From: Candidatus Bathyarchaeota archaeon
GTDB taxonomy: Archaea > Thermoproteota > Bathyarchaeia > Bathyarchaeales > Bathycorpusculaceae
Reading direction: 5' to 3'
Assembly: GCA_963717465.1 (NCBI GenBank)
Contig: OY970340.1
Coordinates: 2,656,001 to 2,720,000, forward strand
Length of the DNA stretch: 64,000 nucleotides
In this document: positions 51,540 through 64,000 of the stretch, piece by piece
Layout: each line of letters opens with the position of its first letter
How positions within the stretch are numbered: position 1 is the stretch's first letter
Translations under genes and position numbers: made by a program
The notes under the pieces: model-generated
Database searches by the model: none
Told to the model about the DNA's origin: nothing
The model's input: only the letters and a program-made list of their open reading frames with translations

Positions 51540-51731
51540 ATAGCTCACATTAATTTGTGGATTTGCCCAAACTCTCATTCTTCTTTTTTTCATTTAAAAT
51601 AAGTGACTAACGCTTCTTTGTCCACTTTTGAAAAATAATTTGTTTAATCAACGGGTATCCAGTGCCTCAACAAAGCTTATATTGGAATTGCAGAAAATAT
51701 GATATTAGGGTAGATAGGATAGTTTTAGATA

Positions 51732-52580
51732 ATGACTTCTAGCAACATTTCTGTTGAAACTGAAAAGAAATTACAACTCATCAAAAACAAAACAAAAAAT
51801 ACTTCAAACCGAAAGACTAAAAATTATACCCAAAATCTAGAGCTGTTAGTTAAGAAGCAAAGGAAGCAACTGCATGAGGCAGAAAGACTTGCCGCAATCG
51901 GGCAAACCGCTGGCATGGTAGGACATGATATTCGAAACCCGTTGCAAGCAATAGTTAGTGAACTATTCTTAGTGAGAAACGAAACCAAGGAAATGCCTGA
52001 ATGCCAAGCAAAGGAAGCATTGGATGAGAGCATATTGTTTATAGAGGAACAAATTGATTACATTAACAAAATAGTTAGCGATTTACAGGATTACGCTAGA
52101 CCGTTAACACCAGAGTTAAACGAGATTAACTTTAATGAAGTAATTGAAGCATCAATTGAAACCATACCTATCCCTGAAAACGTACAAGTCATCATCCAGA
52201 CTAAGAATCAACTTGCAAAAATCAAGCTAGACCCAGCTTTACTTAAACGTATACTCGTTAACCTCTTAACAAATTCAATTCAGGCAATGCCAAAAGGCGG
52301 AAAAATAACTATAAAAGCTTATGCTGAAGCATGCAAAGAAATCATAACAGTAGAAGATACAGGTGTTGGCATTCCAAACGAAATCAAACCAAAAATCTTC
52401 CAGCCCTTAGTGACAACCAAATCAAAAGGTCAAGGACTCGGCTTAGCTGTAGCTAAACGTTTAGTCGAGGTGCAAGGTGGAAAAATCAGTTTTGAAAGTG
52501 AAAGAGGCAAAGGGACAATTTTCATTTTGGAGTTCCCGCTTAACTCGCAAGGCAGAAAATTAAGCTTACTTGATTTTTAA
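51732..52580 (+). CDS. Histidine kinase (HisKA + HATPase) with no sensor domain
   Basis: AGMVGHDIRNPL, NLLTNSIQAM, EDTGVGI and TTKSKGQGLGL motifs. Confidence 0.92.
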   Translation: MTSSNISVETEKKLQLIKNKTKNTSNRKTKNYTQNLELLVKKQRKQLHEAERLAAIGQTAGMVGHDIRNPLQAIVSELFLVRNETKEMPECQAKEALDESILFIEEQIDYINKIVSDLQDYARPLTPELNEINFNEVIEASIETIPIPENVQVIIQTKNQLAKIKLDPALLKRILVNLLTNSIQAMPKGGKITIKAYAEACKEIITVEDTGVGIPNEIKPKIFQPLVTTKSKGQGLGLAVAKRLVEVQGGKISFESERGKGTIFILEFPLNSQGRKLSLLDF

Positions 52581-52692
52581 GCCAGCAATAAAATTGAAAC
52601 TGAAAAAACAAGTGAACAAATCTAACCAAGCAAGCGATAAAAAATCTTATATCTAAGTGGTTGTTTCTCTCATATTAGGAGCCGAGTTTATT

Positions 52693-53675
52693 ATGGCAGT
52701 TAAAACTACACCAGACTATATTGAATTACTTAACAAGGCAGTAGAACGCGAAATAGCAGTTTCACTGCAGTATATGCTGCAACATGCAAAAATGGAAAAA
52801 CTTATTCTGCAGAACAATCCCTGAAAACATACTTTTAGATAAGACAACTTATGATGCAGTAGGCAAGTTTCTAAGGGAAATCGCTATAATGGAAATGAAA
52901 CATGCCGCAAAGATAGTGGAACGGATATACTATCTTGGTGGCAGTGCAACAACAAAATCAGGCAACCCCGTCATCGGTGATAGCATAAGCGAATTTGCCA
53001 AGCTTGGAGTAAAAGCTGAAGAAGAGGCATTAACCTTGTACCGGACAATTATTGAGACTGCTGGAAAAATGGGCGATTGGGAAACACGCGAGGTGTTCGA
53101 GAAAATCTACAGCGAAGAAGAAGTCCACCTTTTCAAGTTTCAAGAATACACGAAATTTGAGGATGAAAAGGAAGAACCGAGCAAAGTACCTTTGCCAGAA
53201 TGGCGAAAAATATACACTAAAGACTATTTTACGTTACTTAACAAGGCTGTTTCAGCAGAAATAACAGGAATTATCCAATACACAAATCAACATGAAAAAG
53301 CCAGTTTCCTTGAGCTTCGAATGAAAAACACCGCCTTCGAAACAATAACTGAAACGAACAAAGCAGGCGTAGTAAGCGAAATACTAAAAGAAAGTATTCA
53401 TGCAAGAAATGGATCATCTAGAAAAAATAAGTGAAAGAATCTATCTACTCGAAGGCGAAGCAACTTGCAAGCCAGATCCACTTCCAGTTGTCGGAGATAC
53501 GGCAATGGATTTCCTGAAATTAGATCATGCACTTGAAAGCAGTGCAATATCGCTATACCGAGAAATTATTGCTGAAGCACTAAAACGCGGAGACACAACA
53601 ACGCGCCGAATGTTTGAAGACATAATATTGCAAGAAGAAGAGCACTTCTGGACGTTCGATGACTTCGTAAGATAA
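52693..53675 (+). CDS. Tandem two-domain bacterioferritin/ferritin-like protein (two frameshifts)
   Basis: Domain 1 EREI..SLQY..QH/EMKH/EEEVH; domain 2 AEIT..IQY..QH/EMDH/EEEH. Confidence 0.8.
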
Positions 53676-53872
53676 AAAAAACCAACTTTTTCCGCTTTCA
53701 AAATTTTTTCTATTTTTAAATATTGTGGATTATTCGTTACTGAAAGAATTTGCATCTATTAAGTGAGTTGAATTTTTATTGAAATCATTTATTTGTAATC
53801 TTTCCAAATGGTACTTCCGAAAGCTTAATTCGAACGTGCAAATAAATACATTTTAGCAGAGGCAAAGTAATC

Positions 53873-54004
53873 ATGAAAGAGGATCAGCCTCGTTGTGAAA
53901 GATGCAAAAAATTTATTGACGAGTGCATTTGCGTTTGCCCATACTGTGGCGAAATTTCAGGATGCATCTGCTGTATAGGCATTGGCAAAGCAACAGGCGG
54001 ATGA
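53873..54004 (+). CDS. 43-aa Cys-rich microprotein ending in Gly-Gly
   Basis: MKEDQPRCERCKKFIDECICVCPYCGEISGCICCIGIGKATGG; first gene before the oxidoreductase alpha subunit. Confidence 0.7.
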   Translation: MKEDQPRCERCKKFIDECICVCPYCGEISGCICCIGIGKATGG

Positions 54005-54038
54005 AGGTATTCTAAGAAATTTTCTGATGTGAATTGTT

Positions 54039-56915
<2,877 letters not shown>

Positions 56916-56993
56916 AACCAAAAGAGAAAAAAGCCTTCACTGCTTTGAAAATAGCGCTATTTTTTTGCGACACTCAAACGAGTGAAGAAGCGT

Positions 56994-57302
56994 TTACTCA
57001 ACTGTTAATTTGCCAAATTTTCCAACGTTGAGTTGAATTTCACCTTTAAAAGACGTCACATACCCATTTTCAATTTTAATGTTATCATTCACGTTAACTT
57101 GATCAATCTGCTCATTCCAAAGCGTCAATTTGATGCTTCCTGTTTCATCTGCAACAACAGCATCAACTATCTTGTAGGTTTCATCTTTATATTTTGACCG
57201 AACTTCTCGAGGGCTGCCTTTTTCAACAACTTTTGCTTCAACACTAACCCGTTTCATGCCATCTTTAAGATCTTTAATTTCCAATTTTATGTCTCCCTTC
57301 AC
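56994..57302 (-). CDS. ssb: Single-OB-fold single-stranded DNA-binding protein
   Basis: IKDLKDGM..V.V.AKV....REV.....V.DETGSIKLTLW...IENGYV..FKGE.QLNVGKFG. Confidence 0.88.
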   Translation of the reverse strand: MKGDIKLEIKDLKDGMKRVSVEAKVVEKGSPREVRSKYKDETYKIVDAVVADETGSIKLTLWNEQIDQVNVNDNIKIENGYVTSFKGEIQLNVGKFGKLTVE

Positions 57303-57352
57303 CGGGCTTTAACTTGTTAACGCCGGTTTTACTTCCAGAAAAGCCCTTTTAA

Positions 57353-58718
57353 TCATATAAATCTTACCTCAGCCTCAAAAAAAGCAAAAAGAAGGATTTC
57401 TTCAAATGACTTTATTTTTACAAAAAGTTCAGCAAAGTACAAGACCACAATCACTAATACGCTGACCACTGAAACAATTATGCATTTTGCCCAACTTAAC
57501 TCCTCAGCCGTTTGTGCTGACGTTGGGGTTTGCGGTGCTGGCTCATTGGTTTGTGCTGGTGTGCTGGGTGTTTGTGGCGTAGTCGGAGTTTCGGATGGTT
57601 GGTAAGGTAAAGTTGGTGCCCTTGAGGGAGCAGTTTTGCTGTTGGCTCGAACCACAAATGTGCCTACTAACGCAAGCCATGCCCAGAATACAATTTGAAC
57701 AACAGAGACGATTTCTGATACAACCGCAGTTTGGTTAGTTATTGATTGGCTGATTACAGATGCTAGGCCAGGAATGCCTGCTAAGATATTCGAGCGGATC
57801 GTAAAGGTTAGGCAAAAATGTGAAAGCCACGCCTGAAATTACGTACTGAATTACTGGAATGATCAGAGCAAACCCAACTGAAATGAATAAGGGCTTCCAA
57901 ACGGAATTAACCTTAAAAGCCCTTAGAAGGATGTACATTAAACCTGTCAATAAAACCCATTCGAATATGAATTGAAATGCACCTGAAAATGCTATTTCAG
58001 CAATAAAGGCCCAACCGTATATTTGAATATGAATTTAAATATACACCCCTAAAAAACAACCCATCAAAGATCACAGTAACATTGGCGCTTGTCGGCCAAA
58101 TGAATTCCATTTTCAAGCCTGTAATGTTATCCCAAGTTGGGGAACCATGGCTGCCCAACCTGTAGTATTAAGTGGAACAGTTAAGTTATACCAAACATTT
58201 GTCATGCCATTAGTGACATTCGCGAAAGTGCTTGTTAAATCGCGACTAAAGTTTGAGCTTCCTGAGAGCAGAGTTAATGTTACATTTTGGAGTGCGATGC
58301 TTGGAGTAACAATTTGAACATTTAATGATACATCTCCGAACCCTGCTGATGTGCAATTCACTGGGCCGATATCGCTAATCTGCATCCAAATATCGTTTGT
58401 ATTTGAGTTATTGAATTGGATGCTAGTTGCGCTGTAATAGGAGGTGGCATTTATGTAAACTGAGGTGTCATTTGCTATGGTCGTTCCTGAACTTGCATTC
58501 CAGTAATTTGAGTTTTCTGCCCAAATATTGCCTTGGTCACTAGTGGGCATTGTCTGTTCATAATAGTATCGTTGATAAAAAACATATTCAGCACCTGTTT
58601 GCGCTATAATAAAAATAATTAGTAAAATTAATGGACCTATGTAACTTGGTTTTTTAATTATCTCTCTGAACGCCTTATGTGGAGCATACAGTACCCTTGC
58701 AAAGTCTTCGATAATCAT
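57353..58718 (-). CDS. Yip1-like membrane protein with large extracellular insert and Pro/Thr tail, several frameshifts; 3' end uncertain
   Basis: VLYAP.KAF.EI...P..IGP N terminus; further TM segments in ORFs 57735-57950 and 57353-57655. Confidence 0.6.
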
Positions 58719-58801
58719 AAGTCAACTCTCAGCAGAATTAACCCTGATAGAATTAACTCCTTCTAGTTGATTCATCGCAACGATATTTATATAGTGTACG
58801 C

Positions 58802-60312
58802 TTACATGCCGAGCTTCATTCGACGGTAAGTCGTATAATCCACATACTGCACAAACGGGTTCTCGTTCTGAGATTTAACAGTAATTTTCTGGCGGTTACG
58901 CTTCTCTAAAAGTTGACTCGTAGTTCTAAGTAAATAAGCGTCGCTTCCTGCTCCTGAACCGTAACTTGCGACTAAAATGAGCTCTTCAGGCTTTGCAATA
59001 TCTAACACTGCAGCTAAACCAACAGGTGAACAACCTGAGTAAGTGTTACCGAACTTGGAGATTTGAAGCGAAGGCAAATACTGCTCATCTTTGAAACCTA
59101 ATTCTTTAGCGATTCGAACTGGAAACTGCGGGTTAGGTTGATGAGCAACAAAATAATTTAAGTCGCCTGCTTTTAAGACAGGAACGCTCCATAAGTTTAG
59201 TAGCAGCACTTCTTACATGTTTAAAATAGGCAGGATCGCCTGTAAATCTTCCTCCATGCATAGGGTACGGTTCGCCATCTCTGCGCCAGAAATCTGGAGT
59301 ATCTGATGTGCATGAGTACCAGCCATCAATTTCTGCGATAACATCCTGTTTTCCAAACAGGAAAGCTGCTCCGCCGTAACCTACAAACGCATCTAGCTCT
59401 CCTCCTGGACAACCTAAAGGTGCAGCTTGAGAATTATCTGCGCCTATGACTAACGCGTTTTTGATTCCAGATTTAGGATAGTTAACTAGTGCTACAGCGT
59501 CTTTAAACATGCTGGAAGCAGCTTTGCAGGCAAACTCTGTATCTACAGCGTCAACTCCCTGCATGTCGCCGTCTTCTTCACCGAGTTTTAGCACCTGAGC
59601 AACTTTTGAGGCAATCGGTTTCACTGCGTATGGGTTTGATTCTGAACCGACATAAATTTTTCCGACTGATTGACTGTCGATGCCTGCGTGAATTAAAGCT
59701 AATTTTCCAGCTTCAACTGCGGCTGTTACTGCATCCTCATCTACGAATGGAACTGATCGTTCAATTCCTCCAGCTTTTATCCTAAAACGGGAAGTATAAA
59801 CCCCATAGCCAACGACACCTGGAGTTTCGTACTCTTTGCTGGGTTGAATTACATTGTATTCTTGATGAGGGTAGTATTCGTCAGCTAATGTGAAAGATAA
59901 TGAGATTGTCGGAATCACATCGCTTGCGCCAACTGAGTACCGTCGTCTGAACCTTGGGATAACTTCTCTGCCTTCAAAACTAGATGGATCTAAATTAGTC
60001 TCACTTGAGATTAATTGGTCAGTTAGTCTAGCTGGGTACGCGGATTTTTCCGTTATGGAAAGAAACAATTCCATAAATGTAGGATCCAAGTTTAATGAAT
60101 TTATTCGTTGGTTCGTTTACTACTGTACAAAGTTCAAGCTTGCCTTTCTCATAGAACAGGTCTACATTTTCCATTTTTCCAATGCTTTTTCTTCCGCAGT
60201 TGCCGCAATAGTCTCTTACTTCAAAATACTCTTTTCCACAAGTCTTGCAGCGAGTTGACTTTAGCCTGTCACCTAAATAAGAAACTCTGCGTTCTATTGG
60301 TTCGCTGCTCAT
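58802..60312 (-). CDS. DUF35 (Zn-ribbon/OB) fused to hydroxymethylglutaryl-CoA synthase, frameshifts near 60030 and 59170
   Basis: C..CG..YF..R.YC..CG and PRFRR (DUF35) run in frame into DEDA.T, GSES.PYAVKP, EFACKA, HQPN..FP, GNTYS and SYGSGAGSD. Confidence 0.88.
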
Positions 60313-61539
60313 TTTTGTTCTCTCCCTAAAATGCTGACGTAGGCTTTTGTGCCAAATCCTTCAAACTCTAAGGCACAGCCGACTTTAGGCGGTGAATTTG
60401 CATCAACATTAATTTGTCTTTCGCCAGCTTCTCCTCTTAACTGCCTGTAGATTTCGAAAATTTCTGCGCCGCCGGTTGCACCAAGCGGGTTCCCGTCAGC
60501 TTTTAAGCCGCCATTTGTGTTTACATAAAACAGTTTATCGTTTACTTCGTAGTACGATTTACCGTTTTTTCCGCTTTCATAAACATATCGCCAAGCAGTT
60601 CCAGCTTCACACAACCCTAAATCCTCCAGCGAAACTAACTCGGTAACTGTTGATTGATCGCAAATCTCAAACAATGGAATTTCCGCTGGATTTATTTGAG
60701 CCAATTGCTGAGCTTTTTTCATAGCAAGTTTCGTTGCAACGAAATGTGTTAAATCGTTTCGGGCAGGAAAACTAAGGTAATCAGTAGACGAAGCTACATC
60801 CTAAAACGTAAACAGGGTTATCACAGAGCTTCTTAGCCATAGGTTCGCTTGTAACGATTAAGGCTGATGCACCATCAGAAATCGGGGCGAAATCAAACAA
60901 GCCTAGCTGTCTGTGCGCCTCCTTTCGAGCGTTTAAGACTTGCTCAAGAGCAATTTTTCTTTGAAATTGCGCGTAACTATTTTTGGTTGCGTTCGCGTGA
61001 TTTTTGACTGAAATCATCGCTAAAGAAGTACCAAGTTTTTCAAGGTTTTCGCCTGTTAACCCGTACTTTTTAATGTAAGCGCGAAGCATAATTTCATGAT
61101 TTGACTCTGGAGTACCTCCAGCATAATAGCTCCATGGATCATCAAGAATCATGAGGTCATCGCGAATTTTATCCCAACGATCAGTCATTTTTTCCAGTCC
61201 ACCAACAAGTACTGTACTGTATATACCAGCCTGTATAGCATAGCATGCGGCTAGTAATGCAGCACTGACTGATCGAGTTTCTTCCATTGGAACATGGAGC
61301 CCTGTCAATTCTGAGAGGAATCCTTCAGCTAGACCAAATTTATTTGTGATTGGAAGAAAACAATCCGAAATGTAGCATGCTTCCAAGTTTTTCCGTTCTA
61401 TATTACACTCTTTTGAAGCTGCAAGCCATGCTTCTTCGATTAATTTTTCAGGTTCTTTACCGTAATGTTCACCGAACTTCGTCCGGCCAACAGCAATTAT
61501 AGCTGGGCGATTCTGTATGACTAATCCCCCTACTCCCAA
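60309..61539 (-). CDS. Acetyl-CoA acetyltransferase (thiolase)-like protein, frameshift near 60790
   Basis: GRTKFG, GG.EKM, VKNH.NA..N..AQF, PISDGASA and NTNGGLKA.G.P.GATG motifs. Confidence 0.88.
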
Positions 61540-61641
61540 TAACCTTTATCCTCTTATCTATGAACTATTAAGTGTTTGCCATAATCCTCTTCTCAGTAAA
61601 CGCCCTTCCAATGTTCAGAATGGGCAAAAGCGAGTTAACCG

Positions 61642-63038
61642 TTAACCGTGATAATTTATCTCGTTTGTTGTCAACTGTTTTTTAAGCGTTTTAATCAGGT
61701 TTTGCAAGTTTTTGCTTAACACAACCGGATAAACGGAAGCGTTTTTTAGTAACTTACATTTTTCTGGAAGCTTGGAAAGCCCCCCCGAAGCTGTGGCACG
61801 TATTTTTTCAATTTGAGGCAAATCATAAGTCAGCTTACCCTTCTCCATAACCTTAACAAGCAAGGGGTTTCCATTCATTTTCTCATCGTCCAAAGCAATT
61901 ACATCTTTCTCAAAGTTGCTTTCTTCATCTTTGAATCGGTAAACTTGTTTTCGACCAGGCAGAGTGATCTTGTCTTTACTAAGTTTCATTATTGGCGAAA
62001 AACTGCCTTCAGGATTCATCGTTTCGCAGAGTTTGTAGATAACATCAAGATATGGTCTGTCAGCTGATGTACCCATCTTTGTGCCCACACCAAACGAGTC
62101 AATTTTTGCGCCGTTGTCGAGCAATTCTTCTATTTTGAATTCATCAAGGTCGCCGCTGGCGAAAATTTTAGCGAATTCTAATCCCTGCTTATCAAGTATT
62201 TTCCTGACTTTCTTGCTTGTTTCCGCCAAATCGCCGCTATCCAGCCTGACGCCGCCAAGCTTGAAACCCTTAGCCGCCAATTCCTTAGCTACCATAGTAG
62301 CTTTTTCTGCTCCAGCAATGTCATCGTAAGTGTCAATGAGAAGGATAGACTTGTTTGGAAAAGTTTTTGCAAAAGCTCGGAAAGCATCAATTTCTTTTGG
62401 ATAAGACATCACGAATGAGTGTGCCATGGTTCCGAAAACTGGAATTCCATAAACTTGTCCTGCAAGAACATTCGATGTGCCGTTGCAACCGGCAATATAA
62501 CTGGCTCGTCGCAACTTTCATTCCAGCATCGATACCATGCTCTCTTCTTAAACCGAATTCAATTACAGATTTTCCTTTAGCAGCTTGCACGACACGGGAG
62601 GCTTTTGTAGCAATGAGGGTTTGTAAGTTTACCGTGTTCAAGAGGAAAGTCTCAACAAGTTGCGCTTCAATTATCGGCGCGGTCACACGGATTAATGGTT
62701 CATTTGGGAACATCACTGTGCCTTCGGGAACTGCCCAAACATCTCCAGTAAACTTGAAATCGCGCAGATAATCGAGGAATTGCTGGTTAAAACCTTGACT
62801 TTTAAGATAATCCAAATGAGCCTGAGTGAATTTGATGCTTTGCAAGTATTGCAAAGCTTGCTCTAACCCAGCGAATAAAAAGTAAGAACGATTTTCGGGC
62901 AACCGCCTGATGAACAAGTCAAACGTGGCAGGCTCAAAACTTCTGGTTGTCAAAGTAGCTAGCGCACATGGTTAATTCGTAAAAATCTGTGAATAAACTC
63001 ATGTTTTCCTCTTTTGAGAAATTAAGAAAAGAGTTCAT
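61642..63038 (-). CDS. pncB: Nicotinate phosphoribosyltransferase, frameshifts near 62950 and 62510
   Basis: LFTDFYELTM, EFGLRR, GTMAHS, LIDTYD, VRLDSGD, SGDLDE and FGVGT motifs. Confidence 0.93.
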
Positions 63039-63268
63039 GGGATAATAGTTAAAACTAGAGAATTTAATTCTTTTCTTAACTCCTTGTAGAATTTTTTACA
63101 TTCGCAAATAAATCCAGAAGCTCGGCGTTTCCATGAGAAGAGTTATAATTTTGTAAAATGCTTTGCAGGAGTGCCATGTTTCTTTTGCGAAAGATATATG
63201 ACTCTACAATGCAGTTTCTTTAAGCTGGTGCTAAAAAAACGGCTTCACCCAATGCTAATGGAAACGAG

Positions 63269-64000
63269 ATGGTTGTTACTCCTTGGGAAGTTAAGGGTAA
63301 AGTAGACTATGACCGATTAATACGAGAATTTGGCACGCAACCAATCACAAATGAACTGCTCAAGAAAGTAACGGATTACACCGATAAACTTCACTTGCAA
63401 CTGCAGAGACGTATTTTCTTTAGTCACCGTGATCTCGACACCGTGCTTGACTTGTATGATAAAGGTGTAAAGTTTGTGTTGTATACTGGGAGGGGACCGT
63501 CTGGACCAGTTCACATTGGACATCTTGTACCATGGATTTTTACGCTGCATATTCAACAGAAATTTAACACAAGACTCTACTTCCAGTTAACAGACGATGA
63601 AAAATTCCTCATCGACGACGATGCTAACCTGAAGGAGACAAGCAAGTTCGCAAAAGAGAACGCACTAGACTTAATAGCATTAGGTTTTAAGCCCGAAAAC
63701 ACTTTTCTAATTTACGATGTCGAAGACATCGATTACCTTTATGACATTTCTTTAGAAATCGCTAAAAGAATTACCTATTCAACTGCACGCAGCACCTTCG
63801 GGTTTCAAGACAGCACCAACATAGGCTGGGTCTTCTGGCCTGCACTACAAGCAGCACCATGTTTCATCCACAAAAAATTAACTGGAGAAAACGTACCAGC
63901 GTTAATCCCAGCAGCAATTGATCAAGACCCATACTGGCGAGTAACAAGGGACATAGCTCAAAAACTCGGCTACTACAAGCCTGCTCAAATCCACTGCCGG
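63269..64000 (+). CDS. trpS: Tryptophanyl-tRNA synthetase (archaeal/eukaryotic type), runs off the window end
   Basis: VTPWEV.G.VDYD.LI..FG, YTGRGPSG..HIGH, QLTDDEKF and IPAAIDQDPYWR motifs. Confidence 0.93.
   Translation, partial: MVVTPWEVKGKVDYDRLIREFGTQPITNELLKKVTDYTDKLHLQLQRRIFFSHRDLDTVLDLYDKGVKFVLYTGRGPSGPVHIGHLVPWIFTLHIQQKFNTRLYFQLTDDEKFLIDDDANLKETSKFAKENALDLIALGFKPENTFLIYDVEDIDYLYDISLEIAKRITYSTARSTFGFQDSTNIGWVFWPALQAAPCFIHKKLTGENVPALIPAAIDQDPYWRVTRDIAQKLGYYKPAQIHCR

Overview
Archaeal chromosome segment, most likely Bathyarchaeia. This is an inference from L35Ae, TiaS, aIF-1A, a single-OB SSB, archaeal AlaRS/TrpRS, a thiolase/DUF35/HMG-CoA synthase cluster and GAGGTGA-type ribosome-binding sites. 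Many genes, including essential ones, are split by 1-nt indels, which points to uncorrected long-read errors rather than real pseudogenes. Layout: 0-6 kb holds small membrane/envelope genes and wHTH regulators that share one promoter motif. 6-17.7 kb is a glycogen/gluconeogenesis cluster (two alpha-glucan phosphorylases, one with a YHS fusion, plus ppsA and a GH13 branching enzyme). 17.7-28.9 kb is an AT-rich island of tiny RNA-binding, translation and Zn-finger genes. 29-37 kb has secreted repeat proteins, a second dnaJ, two SDRs and TrmB. 37-64 kb is housekeeping (glnA, grpE-dnaK-dnaJ, tiaS, alaS, 2-oxoacid:ferredoxin oxidoreductase, mevalonate entry genes, pncB, trpS). Most notable: (1) a ~480-bp element with 40-bp terminal inverted repeats that encodes only a wHTH/Cys protein and occurs twice; (2) a TCACA-N5-TTAA promoter motif at 8 sites; (3) the RNA-chaperone/zinc-finger microprotein island; (4) a possible decayed solo-Cas1 fragment; (5) several unannotated microproteins. 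No rRNA, tRNA or CRISPR array was recognised.
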